From the NCBI GenBank assembly GCA_041496545.1, contig JBGQET010000003.1, positions 21,208 through 85,207 of the forward strand: DNA of 64,000 nt. Reading direction: 5' to 3'. The position numbers and the translations under genes were made by a program. Origin of the DNA: Candidatus Binatia bacterium (GTDB lineage: Bacteria > Desulfobacterota > Binatia > DP-6). This document shows positions 35,976 through 46,727 of this stretch, one piece after another. The number at the start of each line of letters is the position of its first letter. Positions within the stretch are counted from its first letter, which is position 1. The notes below the pieces were generated by a model. It was given only the letters and a program-made list of their open reading frames with translations, searched no databases and was not told where the DNA came from.

Positions 35976-38900
35976 TCAAGGAAGGCAGTACAGCTTCAAA
36001 CCGTCCGAATCGATCGTGTTCCGCGTCGTCCGCGCCTTGAGCTTGATCGACTTGTTGGCGGACTTCGTCGGTGACACGAGCGGGACGTGCACGTCGACGC
36101 GCGGGCCGCAGGCGTCGAACAGTGACGTCTGCGCCGCGACGGCCGCCGCGAGCAACCCGGCGCGGTTGACCGCATCCTCCGGCCTCTTGGCACCGTCCTT
36201 GGCGCTCGGCTTCGACACGTCCACCTGCACCGGAGTCCCGAGCGTCAGCCCACCCGGCAGGCAAGCCGGCAGGCTCGGGTCGTGCACGTTGGCGCAGAGC
36301 CAGAGGTGGAAGACGCACTCGGACGCTCCGGCTCCGAAGTCACACGACGGGTCACCGTTCTGGCAGGACTGCTTCACGTCCGGCTTGCCGAACCTGTCGA
36401 GCGACGGATGGTCGAAGGCGAACTCGATCACGCAGTCGCTGAGCGAGCTCCCCTTGCCGCCGATAAACTGGGCGGTGGGCGGCGGCTCGAGGAAGCAGAG
36501 CGGCGAGCAGCCGTCGCCGGCCGTCGTGTTGCCGTCGTCGCACTGCTCGCCTCGGGCCGTGTCGACGATGCCGTCGCCGCAGCGCGCCGGCCGGCAGTCT
36601 GTGCGGCAGCTCGCGTTGGGAGCGTTCGAGTTCGCGGCGCCGAGGTCGCACTGCTCGACGCCGGTCTGCACGAAGCCGTCGCCGCAGCGCGCCGCGATGC
36701 ACCCGACCAGGCAGGCGTCGGTGTTGCTCGCGTTGCCGTCGTCGCACGCCTCGCCCGGCTCGGGGATGCCGTTGCCGCAGCACGGGGCGAACGGCGTGTG
36801 GACGCAGACGTTCGCCGCCTCGTCGCAGGTGTCGGACGTGCAGGGGTCCGTGTCGGCGCAGTTACGCGCCTGACCCGCCGTGCAGACGCCGCCCTGGCAG
36901 GTGTCGTTCACGCTACAGAACTGACCGTCGTCGCACGTCGTGCCGTTCACCTTGTTGGGATGCGTACAGAGGCCGGAGGCGCAGACGTCGTTGCTGCACG
37001 CGTTCCCGTCGTCGGTGCACGCGCCCGTGCGGTTGGTGTACACGCAGCCCTGCGACGGGACGCAGGCGTCGGTGGTGCACTCCTTGCCGTCGTCGCAGAT
37101 CATCGGCGCGCCGGGCTGGCAGCCGCCCGCCCCGTTGCAGTGATCGCCCACCGTGCAGAGGTTGCCGTCGGAGCACGGCGTGGTGGCGGGCGCCGGCGGA
37201 TGCGTGCACCCCGTCGGCTCGACGCAGGAGTCGAGCGTGCACGGATTCGGGTCCGTGCAGTCGAGGGCGACGCCCGGCACGCAGGCGCCGACGGAGCAGC
37301 GCTCGTTGCCGTTGCAGACCAGGCCGTCGGGGCACGGCGTTCCGTCGGGCAGGAGCTGGTGCCGGCAGCCGAGCAGCGGGTCGCAGGAGTCGATGGCGCA
37401 GCCGCCGCTGACGTTGCAGGCCTCGAAGGCGCAGAACGCGGAGCAGCCGTCGCAGCTGAGCGCCGTTCCTCCGCCGTCGTCGCACTGCTCCGGATACTCC
37501 ACGATGCCGTTGCCGCAGGTCGGGCAGGGATCGAGGCAGTCGGTCTGCCCGGGCGCGGTGCAGCGGGGGATCGGGCTGTTGACGGCGAGCGGCTTGATGA
37601 TCGCGCCGGCGACGACGTTCGGGGCGACGCCGGTCGGGAACTGGAACGTGTTGGTGCCGGGGGTCGAGGGCCCCGCTGACGTGGCGGTCGCGTCGAGCAG
37701 ACCGGCGACGGTGATGTGCTCGCGGCCGGTGAGCGTGATCCCGCCGGCGATGGGAGCGCGCGCGAGAAGACTCGCGGTCGACGCGACCGAGACGTTGCAC
37801 CCGAAAACGTCGATCGAGCCCCCGTCTCCACAACTGCCGGTCGCGTCGCAGCCTCCAGCCCCGACGTCGACGGTGTTCATGAGCGACACGGTTCCCGAGC
37901 CGACGAAACCACCCGCGATGAGCACCGTACCGCCGAGGCTGGCGGCGTTGCGCCCGCTCGCGTCGATCTTCCCGGTCACGGTCAGGTCGCGGCCCGCGAG
38001 CAGGTCGATGCTGCCGGCGCTGCTGCCGCCCGAGACGTCCACCGGGCCGGCGATCGTCGCGTCCAGGTTGGCGTCGACCGAGAAGTCGCCGCCCGTGCTG
38101 AAGGTCCCGTTGCCGTGCGTCGACAGCGCGGCGGTCGACTGCACGGTGATCCCACCCACCGAGCTCAACGTGATGCTGCCACCCGTGCCGTCCGGGCTGG
38201 CACCCTCGACGGTGATGTTCCCCGTGACGATCACGTCCCCGAAGGTCGCGTCGGCGTCGAGCGACCCGCCGCAGGCGCCGAAGCTGCCGTCGTTCGCGGT
38301 GCTACCCTTCGCGGAGATGCTGTCGGTGAGCTGGACCGTGGTGCCGGCGCGGACGCTGATCGAGGCCCCGCTCCCGGCATCACCGTTGGCGTTGCCGGAT
38401 ACCTGGGCGAGCACGACGTCGTCGTGCGCGTCCACGCTGACGGTGCCACCGCCCCCGCCGCTCACGTCGAGGTCGCTGCTGATCTCGACGCGGCTGCCGG
38501 TCGAGGTGACGCTGATGCCGCCGCCGGCCGACTGGGAGCCGCCCGCGGCCTGGACGTCGCTCTGGGCCGTGAACGTCACGGCGCCGCCGGCGACGAACGT
38601 GAGCAGCCCGCCGGCGCCGGCGACGCTCAGGTTGCTCGCCAGCACCCTGCCCGACACCGTGATCGACCCACCGGCGTCGATCTCCATCGTGCCGGCGGAC
38701 ATGTCGGCGGAAACGTCGATGCGTCCGGCGGAGGTGCCGCTCCGTTGCACGTCCACGGCGCCCGTCGTCTGGATCACGATCGTGCCGCCCACGTTGAGTG
38801 GGGCCGCGCCGTTGCCCCGGCCGTCGATCCAGGAGCCGGGCGCGAGCGTCAGGCTCGCCGCCTTGAGGGTGACGACGCTCGAGCCGGTCGCCAGGGTGCC

Positions 38901-39133
38901 GTTGCCCGAGATGACGACCGCCCGCGACCCGAAGTCGAGCGTGCAGCCGTTGCCGATGACGAAGGTCTTCGTGATCGTGCACGTCGCCGGCGGCCCGGAC
39001 GGACACCCCGGGTCCTGCGACACGATCTGCGCCGCGTTGCAGGCGGAGAGGGCGCGTGCGTCACGCGCGAGCGCGAGGGTCGCGAGGACGCCTGCCGCGC
39101 ACGCGAGCCCGGACGCGACGCGCCTATTCCGCA
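35976..39133 (-). CDS. very large secreted Cys-rich repeat protein (Gly-rich beta-helix/adhesin-like N-region, tandem CxDxxxC modules, three Myxococcus-type Cys-rich repeats)
   Basis: Putative GTG start 8 nt inside the upstream beta-helix gene, giving signal peptide VRNRRVASGLACAAGVLATLALARDARA. About 10 tandem PCxDGxxCTxDxCxxxGC modules. CGNGIxEPGExCDDGN x3. The C-terminus ends in a ...LC.P..K...LYCLP module resembling those of the paralog N-domains. The start is uncertain. Confidence 0.75.
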
Positions 39134-40077
39134 CAGTCCCGCCCGTTGATCTCGCACTCGGACGGCATGACGACGCCCAGCCGCTCACCGTTGCCGCTCG
39201 CCCGGTTGCCGCCGCCGTCGACGCCCCCGACGTGGATGCCGCGCTGGCCGTTGTTGGTCGCGGTGTTGCCCTGGAGCCGGATGTCGCCGCCCGAGCCCGT
39301 GATCCCGTCACCCGCGTTGCCGCGGGCGACACAGCCGTGCACGTCGTGGTGCATGCCGGCGAGCCGGATGCCGTCGCGCGCCCCGTCCGCGGCCACGCAG
39401 TCGACCAGCGCGAGTCCCATGCCGTTGATGCTGATCGCCGCCATGCCGCTCCCCTCGGCCACGATGCCCGCCCCGGGGGCGCCGAGCCCGGCGTTCCACG
39501 CGGCGACCGAGTATCCGAAGCGGCGGCTGTTCACCGCGCGCGTGGCGTGGATGCCGAACCACGTGCCGCCGAGCGCGAAGCCGTCGCGGCCGGACTCGCG
39601 CGCCTCGACGTCACGGATCTCGTAGCCCGGCGCGTCGACGTTGACGCCGTCGCGCCCGCTGCGGACGACGGCGATCGTCGAGAGCAGCCCGAGCGAGTCG
39701 GCGCCGTGCGCCAGCACGCCGTCGCGGAACCCTTCGATCGAGGCGCGCCCACCGCTGCTCACGATGCGCGTCCCACCCGCGCCGCCGCGGAGCACCCAGA
39801 TGCCGGCGCCGTGGCCGGTGCCGCGGAGCGTTTTCCCGTGCAGGTCGATGGTGAGCGCCGCGCCGTGCGGCTCAGCCTGGACGAGCAGACCGTCGCCGGG
39901 GCAGGCCTCGCGCACCACCGGGTCGTCGCCGAGGACCACGTCGGCCACCACCACGTCGCCGCAGGCGCAGGGGACGCGCTGGCCCTGGACGTCGTCGCCA
40001 CAGAGCTTGGCGCTCGCCGGAGTGCCGGCGATCGCCAGCAGCAACATCGTCGACGCGATGCGCCAATCCATGGGCAC
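39124..40077 (-). CDS. secreted right-handed parallel beta-helix repeat protein
   Basis: AAGGAGG RBS 10 nt before the GTG at 40077 (ATG at 40071 as an alternative). Signal peptide. Gly/Asp-rich PbH1-like repeats (NxGxGIxxxG). Translationally coupled to the 35976..39133 gene. Confidence 0.8.
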   Translation of the reverse strand: MPMDWRIASTMLLLAIAGTPASAKLCGDDVQGQRVPCACGDVVVADVVLGDDPVVREACPGDGLLVQAEPHGAALTIDLHGKTLRGTGHGAGIWVLRGGAGGTRIVSSGGRASIEGFRDGVLAHGADSLGLLSTIAVVRSGRDGVNVDAPGYEIRDVEARESGRDGFALGGTWFGIHATRAVNSRRFGYSVAAWNAGLGAPGAGIVAEGSGMAAISINGMGLALVDCVAADGARDGIRLAGMHHDVHGCVARGNAGDGITGSGGDIRLQGNTATNNGQRGIHVGGVDGGGNRASGNGERLGVVMPSECEINGRDCAE

Positions 40078-40220
40078 GGTCCGGGTTCCTCCTTGGGAAA
40101 GTCAGCGGGACGACCGTGAAGCGCCTTCCGCGAGTCGACGCCTCGTGTGTCTCACGGCCACGGGACGCCCGCGTATAGGATGGGCCGCGGTCATCAGTCA
40201 ATGGAAAATTCGGGCTCGAT

Positions 40221-40988
40221 CTATCTGGGCGGCATGCGAAGTGCGCCATCCAGGCGGATGGTCTCACCATTCAGCATTGGATTTTCGACGATGTGGCGGG
40301 CGAGAGCCGCGAACTCGCTGGGCCGGCCGAGGCGCGAGGGGAAGGGAATCTGCGCCGCGAGCGCCTGGCGCTGGGGCTCGGGGAGCATGGCGAGCATCGG
40401 CGTGTCGAAGGTGCCGGGGGCGATGGTGACGCACCGGATGCCGAGCCCGGCGAGATCGCGCGCGACGGGGAGCGTCATGCTCACCACCCCGCCCTTCGAA
40501 GCCGAGTAGGCCGCCTGCCCGATCTGGCCGTCGAAGGCCGCCGCCGACGCGGTGTTAATGATGACGCCGCGCTCGCCCTCGGCGTCGGGCGCGTTCTTCG
40601 CCATCTGCGCCGCCGCCAGGCGGAGCACGTTGAAGGTGCCGATCAGGTTGATCTCGATCACCATCCGGAACATCTCGAGCGGCATCGGCCCGCTCTTGGT
40701 GACCACCCGCATGGCCGCGCCGACGCCGGCGCAGTTGACGGCGACGTGCACGGTCCCGAAGCGCTCGACGGCGCGCGCGACCGCGGCCGCCACCTCGGTG
40801 TCGCTGGTGACGTCGGCGGGTGCGAAGAGCGCGCGCTCGCCGAGGCTGGCGGCGACTTGCTCGCCGGGCGAGCCGGGACGGTCGAGGATCACCACCCGTC
40901 CGCCGCCCTCGGCGAAGGCGCGGACGGTGGCCTCCCCGAGCCCGGAGGCGCCACCCGTGACGAGCGCGACGGTGTCGGCGATGCGCAT
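40221..40988 (-). CDS. SDR family oxidoreductase (3-hydroxyacyl-CoA dehydrogenase type-2-like)
   Basis: [31 protein letters not shown] motifs. Real from the ATG at 40988. The upstream part of the ORF-track frame is an artefact. Confidence 0.9.
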   Translation of the reverse strand: MRIADTVALVTGGASGLGEATVRAFAEGGGRVVILDRPGSPGEQVAASLGERALFAPADVTSDTEVAAAVARAVERFGTVHVAVNCAGVGAAMRVVTKSGPMPLEMFRMVIEINLIGTFNVLRLAAAQMAKNAPDAEGERGVIINTASAAAFDGQIGQAAYSASKGGVVSMTLPVARDLAGLGIRCVTIAPGTFDTPMLAMLPEPQRQALAAQIPFPSRLGRPSEFAALARHIVENPMLNGETIRLDGALRMPPR

Positions 40989-41064
40989 GCGGCCTCCATA
41001 GCGGCCTCGCCGCCGCCGTGCCAGAGGCTTGCGTCGCCCCGCCCGCGCGCCGCAGAGTGGGGCC

Positions 41065-42108
41065 ATGCGCCTCGACGTCCGCGGCCACCCGCTGCACACG
41101 CGGTCCCTCTCGGTGGTGCTCACGCAGCGGGCGGACCGACGGCTCGACGCGCAAGGCACGCTGCTCGACCTGCGCAAGCGCGGCTTCGTCCCCGTGGCCG
41201 GCGATCTGCAGGGCTCGGGCATCGTCCACCTCATGCGGCTCGACGCCATCGTCGACCCGGCACGCGCGACGCTCGACTCGATCGTCGCCGCGCAGCCCGC
41301 CGTCGCCTTCGAGCCGGCCGCCATCACGGAGGGCGAGAGCTGCCGCGACCCGATCCACGCCGTCGAAGCGCTCGCCGGCGCACCCCTCGACGCCGACTTC
41401 GCGCGTCGGACGGGCGCCGCCCTGGGCGGGCCGCGCGGCTGCTCCCACATCTTGACGCTGGCGCACCTCCTCGGCTCCACCGTGGCGTGGGCGCTCGCCC
41501 GCGAGCGCGCCCTCCACGCGGACGGCGCATCCTGGGCGGCCGGCCAGCGCGTGTTCCGACGCGACGTGGTCGTCGACGGCGTCGAGCCGGAGGACGGCGG
41601 GGTCGGCATGGCCGTGCAGCTCACGGACCTGCACCTCGAGCCCGCGGGGCCGCACGCGAAGCCGATGGAGCGCTTCGCCGAGGAGCTGGAGGTGCGCGCG
41701 CTCGCCCACGTCGATCTCTCGACCTTCCGCGTCGCCGCGCTCGAGACGGCGGAGCGGCGGCGCGGCGCGGCCGACCTCGCGCACGCCACCTGGCGGAGTC
41801 GAGCGGCCGCCACGGACCCGCTTGTCGGCCTCGGGCTCGGCGCCGGCGTCACCGCCGCGCTGCTGGCGCGCCTCGGCGAGGACCCCGACGACCGCCCGCT
41901 CCTCGACGCGCTCCTCCAGCTCGCGCCCACCCTCGTGCAGTGCGCCGCCGCCCTCTCCGACACCTGGCCTGCCCTCGCGCAGTCGAACCCGTCGGTCATC
42001 GGCCTCGGCGGCCTGCCGGACTCCTGCTACATGTGGCGACGCGAGGGCCCGCTCCAGCGCCTCCGCGACCGCGAGGGCGGCTCGCTCTCCGCGCGCCCGA
42101 AGCTCTAG
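41065..42108 (+). CDS. hypothetical protein, possibly DUF2889 family
   Basis: The [12 protein letters not shown] region is reminiscent of DUF2889. Divergent from the SDR at 40988. Weak assignment. Confidence 0.55.
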   Translation: MRLDVRGHPLHTRSLSVVLTQRADRRLDAQGTLLDLRKRGFVPVAGDLQGSGIVHLMRLDAIVDPARATLDSIVAAQPAVAFEPAAITEGESCRDPIHAVEALAGAPLDADFARRTGAALGGPRGCSHILTLAHLLGSTVAWALARERALHADGASWAAGQRVFRRDVVVDGVEPEDGGVGMAVQLTDLHLEPAGPHAKPMERFAEELEVRALAHVDLSTFRVAALETAERRRGAADLAHATWRSRAAATDPLVGLGLGAGVTAALLARLGEDPDDRPLLDALLQLAPTLVQCAAALSDTWPALAQSNPSVIGLGGLPDSCYMWRREGPLQRLRDREGGSLSARPKL

Positions 42109-42149
42109 CCGCCAGATTCCACCTTGCCCGTGCGCTCACATCCCGTATT

Positions 42150-42485
42150 ATGGTCGGCGAAGCGATGCCGAAGCGGGAGACGCAGGACAGCCCGGGCGTA
42201 GCCACCCGGACGCGCACCAAGGAGAAGCTCCAGTGCCCGCCCCTCTACAAGGTGCTGCTCCACAACGACGACTACACCACCATGGAGTTCGTCGTCTGGC
42301 TCCTCCAGAGCGTGTTTCACCACGACGAGGCCAGCGCCACCGAGGTCATGCTGCACGTCCATCGCAACGGCATCGGCGTCGCGGGCGTCTATCCCTACGA
42401 GATCGCGGAGACGCGCGTGGCGCGGGTCGAGACGCTGGCGCGGGAGCACGAGTATCCGCTCCGCTGCACGCTGGAGACCGAGTAG
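42150..42485 (+). CDS. clpS: ATP-dependent Clp protease adaptor protein ClpS
   Basis: Conserved core PPLYKVLLHNDDYTTMEFVV..L...F. Immediately precedes clpA with a 1-nt spacer. Confidence 0.9.
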   Translation: MVGEAMPKRETQDSPGVATRTRTKEKLQCPPLYKVLLHNDDYTTMEFVVWLLQSVFHHDEASATEVMLHVHRNGIGVAGVYPYEIAETRVARVETLAREHEYPLRCTLETE

Positions 42486-42486
42486 C

Positions 42487-44769
42487 ATGCGGCTCTCCCG
42501 CGCGCTCGAGGTCAGCCTGGCGCTCGCCGTCCACGAGGCGCGCAGCCGCCATCACGAGTACCTCACCGTCGAGCACGTGCTCTTCGCGCTCTGCCACGAC
42601 GACGCGGTGGCGGAGGTGCTGCGTGCCGTGGGCGGGGACGTCGAGCGGCTGAAGCAGGACCTCGTCAAGTACTTCGACGAGCGGCTCGAGAAGGTCCGCG
42701 CGAACTCCGAGGATGCGCCCCACCAGACGCTCGGCTTCCAACGCATCCTCCAGCGCGCGGCGGCGCACGTGCAATCGTCGGGCAAGGAGGAGATCGACGG
42801 GCGCAACGTGCTGGTCGCGATCTTCCGCGAGCCCGAGTCCCACGCCGCCTACCTCCTCGCCCAGCAAGGCATCACGCGCCTCGACGTCATCAGCTACCTC
42901 TCGCACGGCGTCACCAAGGTGCCGGCGGCCGAGCCCGAGGCGGACACCGACGAGGACGAGGACGACGAGAGCCCCAGCCCGCGCGGCAAGCGCGACCCGC
43001 TCGCCGCGTTCACCGTGAACCTCGTCGAGCGCGCCGCCGCCGGCAAGATCGACCCCCTGATCGGCCGCCAGCGCGAGCTCGAGCGCACCATCCACGTCCT
43101 CTCCCGCCGCCGGAAGAACAACCCCGTCTTCGTCGGCGACCCGGGCGTCGGCAAGACGGCCCTCGTCGAGGGCTTCGCGCTGCGCGTCCACCAGCGGAAG
43201 GTGCCCGAGAGCCTCCGCGACGTCGCGGTCTACGCCCTCGACATGGGGGCGCTGCTCGCCGGCACCAAGTTCCGCGGCGAGTTCGAGGCGCGCTTGAAGG
43301 GCGTGCTCGCCGCGCTCCAGGCCCGCCCCGGCGCGATCCTCTTCATCGACGAGATCCACACCGTCGTGGGCGCCGGCGCCACCCAGGGCGGCTCGCTCGA
43401 CGCCTCCAACATCCTGAAGCCCGCGCTCGCCTCCGGCGAGCTCCGCTGCATCGGCGCCACCACCCACCACGACTACAAGCAGCACTTCGAGCGCGACCGC
43501 GCGCTCGCGCGGCGCTTCCAGAAGATCGAGGTCGGCGAGCCGAGCGTCGAGGAGACGCACGCCATCCTGCGCGGCCTGCGCGGTCACTACGAGCGCCACC
43601 ACGGCGTGACGTACACCGACGGCGCGCTGCGCGCCGCGGCCGACCTCTCCGCGAAGCACGTGAACGACCGCTTCCTCCCCGACAAGGCGATCGACGTCAT
43701 CGACGAGGCCGGCGCCGCGATCAAGCTGCTCCCCGCCTCCCGGCAGAAGAAGACCGTCCGCACCCGCGACATCGAGCGGGTCGTCGCCACCATGGCCAAG
43801 ATCCCGGAGCGGACGGTCAACGTGTCCGACCGCGACCGCCTCCAGACCCTCGACCGCGACATGAAGCTCCTCGTCTTCGGCCAGGACCCGGCGATCGACA
43901 CCGTCGTGTCGGCCATCCGGCTCACGCGCGCGGGACTCGGGCAGCCGGAGAAGCCGGTCGGGTCGTTCCTGTTCGCCGGCCCGACGGGCGTCGGCAAGAC
44001 CGAGGTGGCGAAGCAGCTCGCGGCCGCGCTCGGCGTCCAGTTCCTCCGCTTCGACATGAGCGAGTTCATGGAGAAGCACACCGTCTCGCGGCTGATCGGC
44101 GCGCCCCCCGGCTACGTCGGCTTCGACCAGGGCGGGCTCCTGACCGACGCGATCCGCAAGACCCCGCACGCCGTCCTCCTCCTCGACGAGATCGAGAAGG
44201 CGCACCCGGACCTCTTCAACATCCTCCTCCAGGTGATGGACCACGCCACGCTCACCGACCACACCGGGCGCAAGGCCGACTTCCGCCACGTGATCCTCAT
44301 CATGACCACCAACGCCGGGGCGCAGGAGATGGCCGCCGCCGCGATCGGCTTCGGCGAGGCGTCGAATCGCGACAAGGGCAAGAAGGCGCTGGAGCGCTTG
44401 TTCAGCCCCGAGTTCCGCAACCGCCTCGACGGCGTCGTGCAGTTCGGCGCGCTCTCGCCCGAAGCGGTGGAGCGCGTCGTCGACAAGTTCGTGACCGAGC
44501 TCGAGCAGCAGCTCGAGGCCCGCCGCGTGAGCATCCAGCTCACCCCGGCCGCGCGCGGCTGGCTCGCCGAGCGCGGCTACGACGAGACCTTCGGCGCCCG
44601 CCCCATGGCGCGCATCATCCAGGAGAAGATCAAGCGCGTGCTGGCGGAGGAGATGCTCTTCGGGCAGCTGAAGGACGGCGGCCGGGTCGACGTCGACGCG
44701 GGCCCGGACGGCCTGACCTTCCAGTACGCGCCGCTCAAGCCCGCTCCGGCCGTCGCGGACCCCGCCTAG
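42487..44769 (+). CDS. clpA: ATP-dependent Clp protease ATP-binding subunit ClpA
   Basis: Clp N-domain repeats. Two AAA+ modules (GDPGVGKTA and GPTGVGKTE Walker A motifs). 760 aa. Canonical clpS-clpA pair. Confidence 0.95.
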   Translation: MRLSRALEVSLALAVHEARSRHHEYLTVEHVLFALCHDDAVAEVLRAVGGDVERLKQDLVKYFDERLEKVRANSEDAPHQTLGFQRILQRAAAHVQSSGKEEIDGRNVLVAIFREPESHAAYLLAQQGITRLDVISYLSHGVTKVPAAEPEADTDEDEDDESPSPRGKRDPLAAFTVNLVERAAAGKIDPLIGRQRELERTIHVLSRRRKNNPVFVGDPGVGKTALVEGFALRVHQRKVPESLRDVAVYALDMGALLAGTKFRGEFEARLKGVLAALQARPGAILFIDEIHTVVGAGATQGGSLDASNILKPALASGELRCIGATTHHDYKQHFERDRALARRFQKIEVGEPSVEETHAILRGLRGHYERHHGVTYTDGALRAAADLSAKHVNDRFLPDKAIDVIDEAGAAIKLLPASRQKKTVRTRDIERVVATMAKIPERTVNVSDRDRLQTLDRDMKLLVFGQDPAIDTVVSAIRLTRAGLGQPEKPVGSFLFAGPTGVGKTEVAKQLAAALGVQFLRFDMSEFMEKHTVSRLIGAPPGYVGFDQGGLLTDAIRKTPHAVLLLDEIEKAHPDLFNILLQVMDHATLTDHTGRKADFRHVILIMTTNAGAQEMAAAAIGFGEASNRDKGKKALERLFSPEFRNRLDGVVQFGALSPEAVERVVDKFVTELEQQLEARRVSIQLTPAARGWLAERGYDETFGARPMARIIQEKIKRVLAEEMLFGQLKDGGRVDVDAGPDGLTFQYAPLKPAPAVADPA

Positions 44770-45920
44770 CGCTCCTCCTCGGCCCGATCCCGCCTGAGCG
44801 CGCTGCGCTCGACGAGCCAGCCGATCTCCTGCGCGACGGCGCGTCGCTCACGGCCGAGGTAGTCGGCCACCGCCGCCCGGAGCCGCGGGTCGCGTACGAG
44901 ATGCATGCTCTCGGTCGCGTACGGGTCGAAGCCACGGAGCTGCTTGAACTCGCCGCCGGCGCCGGGCTCGAAGCGCGCGAGGCCCTCCCCGATGCAGTGC
45001 TCGATCGCGGCGTAGTAGCAGACGTTGAAGTGGAGATGCCGGAGCACGCGGAAGGCGCCCCAATAGCGGCCGTAGAGCGCGTCGCCCTTCACGACGTTGA
45101 ACGTGCCCGCCACGACCTCGCCGCGCTGGCGCGCGACGACGACGCAGAGTCGCGGCCGCATCCGCTCGCGCACCAGCTCGAAGAAGCGCTGGTTCAGGTA
45201 GCGCTGCCCCCAGGGCAGCGCATCGACCGTCCGGCGGTAGAGCTGGTAGAGACGCGGGAAGAGCGCGTCGGGGATGTCGTCGCCGGTGAGCGCGACGATC
45301 TCGACGCCCTGCTCGCCCAGCTCGCGCCGCTCCCGGCGGACCTGGTTGCGACGCTTGCTGCGGAGGCTCGCCAGGTAGTCGTCGAAGGAGCGAAAGCCGG
45401 CGTTGCGCCACTGGTACTGGTAGCCGGTGCGCCGGAGCCAGCCGCGCGCGTCGAGCGCTTCGGCCTCGTCCGGCAGGCAGAAGTTGACGTGCACGGAGGA
45501 TATCCGCTCGCGCTCGGAAAGCTCCTCCAGCGCCGCGGCGAACGCGCCGACGAGGGCGGGCCTGTCGGCACCCGGCGCGGTGAGGAAGCGCGCGCCCGTG
45601 ACGGGCGTGAACGGCACCCCGACCAGGAGCTTCGGATAGTACCGGATCCCCGCCCGTTGGGCGGCCGCGGCCCAGCTCTGGTCGAAGACGAACTCGCCCA
45701 TGCTGTGGCCCTTCACGTAGAGCGGGCAAGCGCCGACCAGGTGCTCGCCCTCCCACGCCGTCAGGTGCTGCGCGAGCCAGCCGGTGTCGGCGACCGCCGC
45801 ACCCGACTCCTCAAGCGCGGAGAGGAAGCCCCACTCGAGGAACGGCGAGCCGTCGCCGACGAGCGCGTCCCACGCGGCGCGCGGCACCTCGCGCACGCCG
45901 TCCACGACCCGGAGCTGCAT
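44766..45920 (-). CDS. GNAT-fold acyltransferase, BioF2-like/FemAB-like (DUF482, COG3146)
   Basis: MQLRVVDGVREVPRAAWDAL...FLEW.FL.ALE.SG motif typical of COG3146. TGATG overlap with the upstream SDR. The upstream 190 aa of the ORF-track frame is an artefact. Confidence 0.75.
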   Translation of the reverse strand: MQLRVVDGVREVPRAAWDALVGDGSPFLEWGFLSALEESGAAVADTGWLAQHLTAWEGEHLVGACPLYVKGHSMGEFVFDQSWAAAAQRAGIRYYPKLLVGVPFTPVTGARFLTAPGADRPALVGAFAAALEELSERERISSVHVNFCLPDEAEALDARGWLRRTGYQYQWRNAGFRSFDDYLASLRSKRRNQVRRERRELGEQGVEIVALTGDDIPDALFPRLYQLYRRTVDALPWGQRYLNQRFFELVRERMRPRLCVVVARQRGEVVAGTFNVVKGDALYGRYWGAFRVLRHLHFNVCYYAAIEHCIGEGLARFEPGAGGEFKQLRGFDPYATESMHLVRDPRLRAAVADYLGRERRAVAQEIGWLVERSALRRDRAEEER

Positions 45921-46720
45921 CAGAGAATGGACTTGACCCAGCCGCCGTCGACGTCCACACAGGTCCCGGTGATCCACGAGGCGCGGGCGGAGCAGAGGAA
46001 GGCGACGAGCGTCGCGGTGTCCTCGGGCTCGCCGAAGCGCCCCGCCGGCAGCGGCCGGCGCGCGCCGAAGTAGTCGTCGAACACGCGGCGGGGGTCGTCG
46101 GCCGAGCGGCCGGTCCGCCGGACGGCGGACGCCGTCGCGGCCTCGGTCCGCGTGATGCCGGGGCAGACGCAGTTGGTGAGCACGCCGGCGCGGGAATACG
46201 CGTTCGCGAGGATCTTGCTCAGGTTGATGAGCGCCGCCTTCGTCGGCCCGTAGGTGGGAAGCTGGTCGTCGGGCTGGCGGCCGGCGGTGGACGCGACGTT
46301 CACGATGCGTCCCCAGCCTCGCTCGAGCATGCCCGGCAGCGCGCGGCGGATGAAGCGGACGTGGACGAGGACGTTCATGGTGAAGCTCGCGAGCCAGTCG
46401 GCGTCGGTCGCGCCGAGGACGTCGGCGGCGGTCGCGGGGCCGGTCACGTTGTTCACCAGGACGTCTGCGCCGCCGAAGGCCGCCAGGTGCGCCTGCCACA
46501 CGCGCTCGACACCCTCCGCGGTGGCGAGGTCGGCTGCGACGGCGACGACGTCCGCGCCGGCGGCGCGCAGCTCCCCCTCGGCGTCGCGGAGCGCCGTCGC
46601 GCCGCGCGCGCAGAGGGTGACCCTCGCCCCCTCGGCGGCGAGCGCCGCCGCGATGGCCTTTCCGATGCCCTTGCTCGAGCCCGTGACGAGCGCTCGCTTA
46701 CCCGCGAGGCCGAGGTCCAT
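45920..46720 (-). CDS. SDR family oxidoreductase
   Basis: ALVTGSSKGIGKA, NNV, YGPTKAA motifs. 266 aa. Confidence 0.85.
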   Translation of the reverse strand: MDLGLAGKRALVTGSSKGIGKAIAAALAAEGARVTLCARGATALRDAEGELRAAGADVVAVAADLATAEGVERVWQAHLAAFGGADVLVNNVTGPATAADVLGATDADWLASFTMNVLVHVRFIRRALPGMLERGWGRIVNVASTAGRQPDDQLPTYGPTKAALINLSKILANAYSRAGVLTNCVCPGITRTEAATASAVRRTGRSADDPRRVFDDYFGARRPLPAGRFGEPEDTATLVAFLCSARASWITGTCVDVDGGWVKSIL

Positions 46721-46727
46721 CCGGCGA

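Noticed and set aside
36282-40119. Long + strand ORFs (465 aa, 988 aa and others) across the Cys-rich protein genes
   Set aside because: They mirror the codon bias of the minus-strand genes. They have Ala/Arg/Gly/Pro-rich nonsense composition, no signal peptides or motifs.
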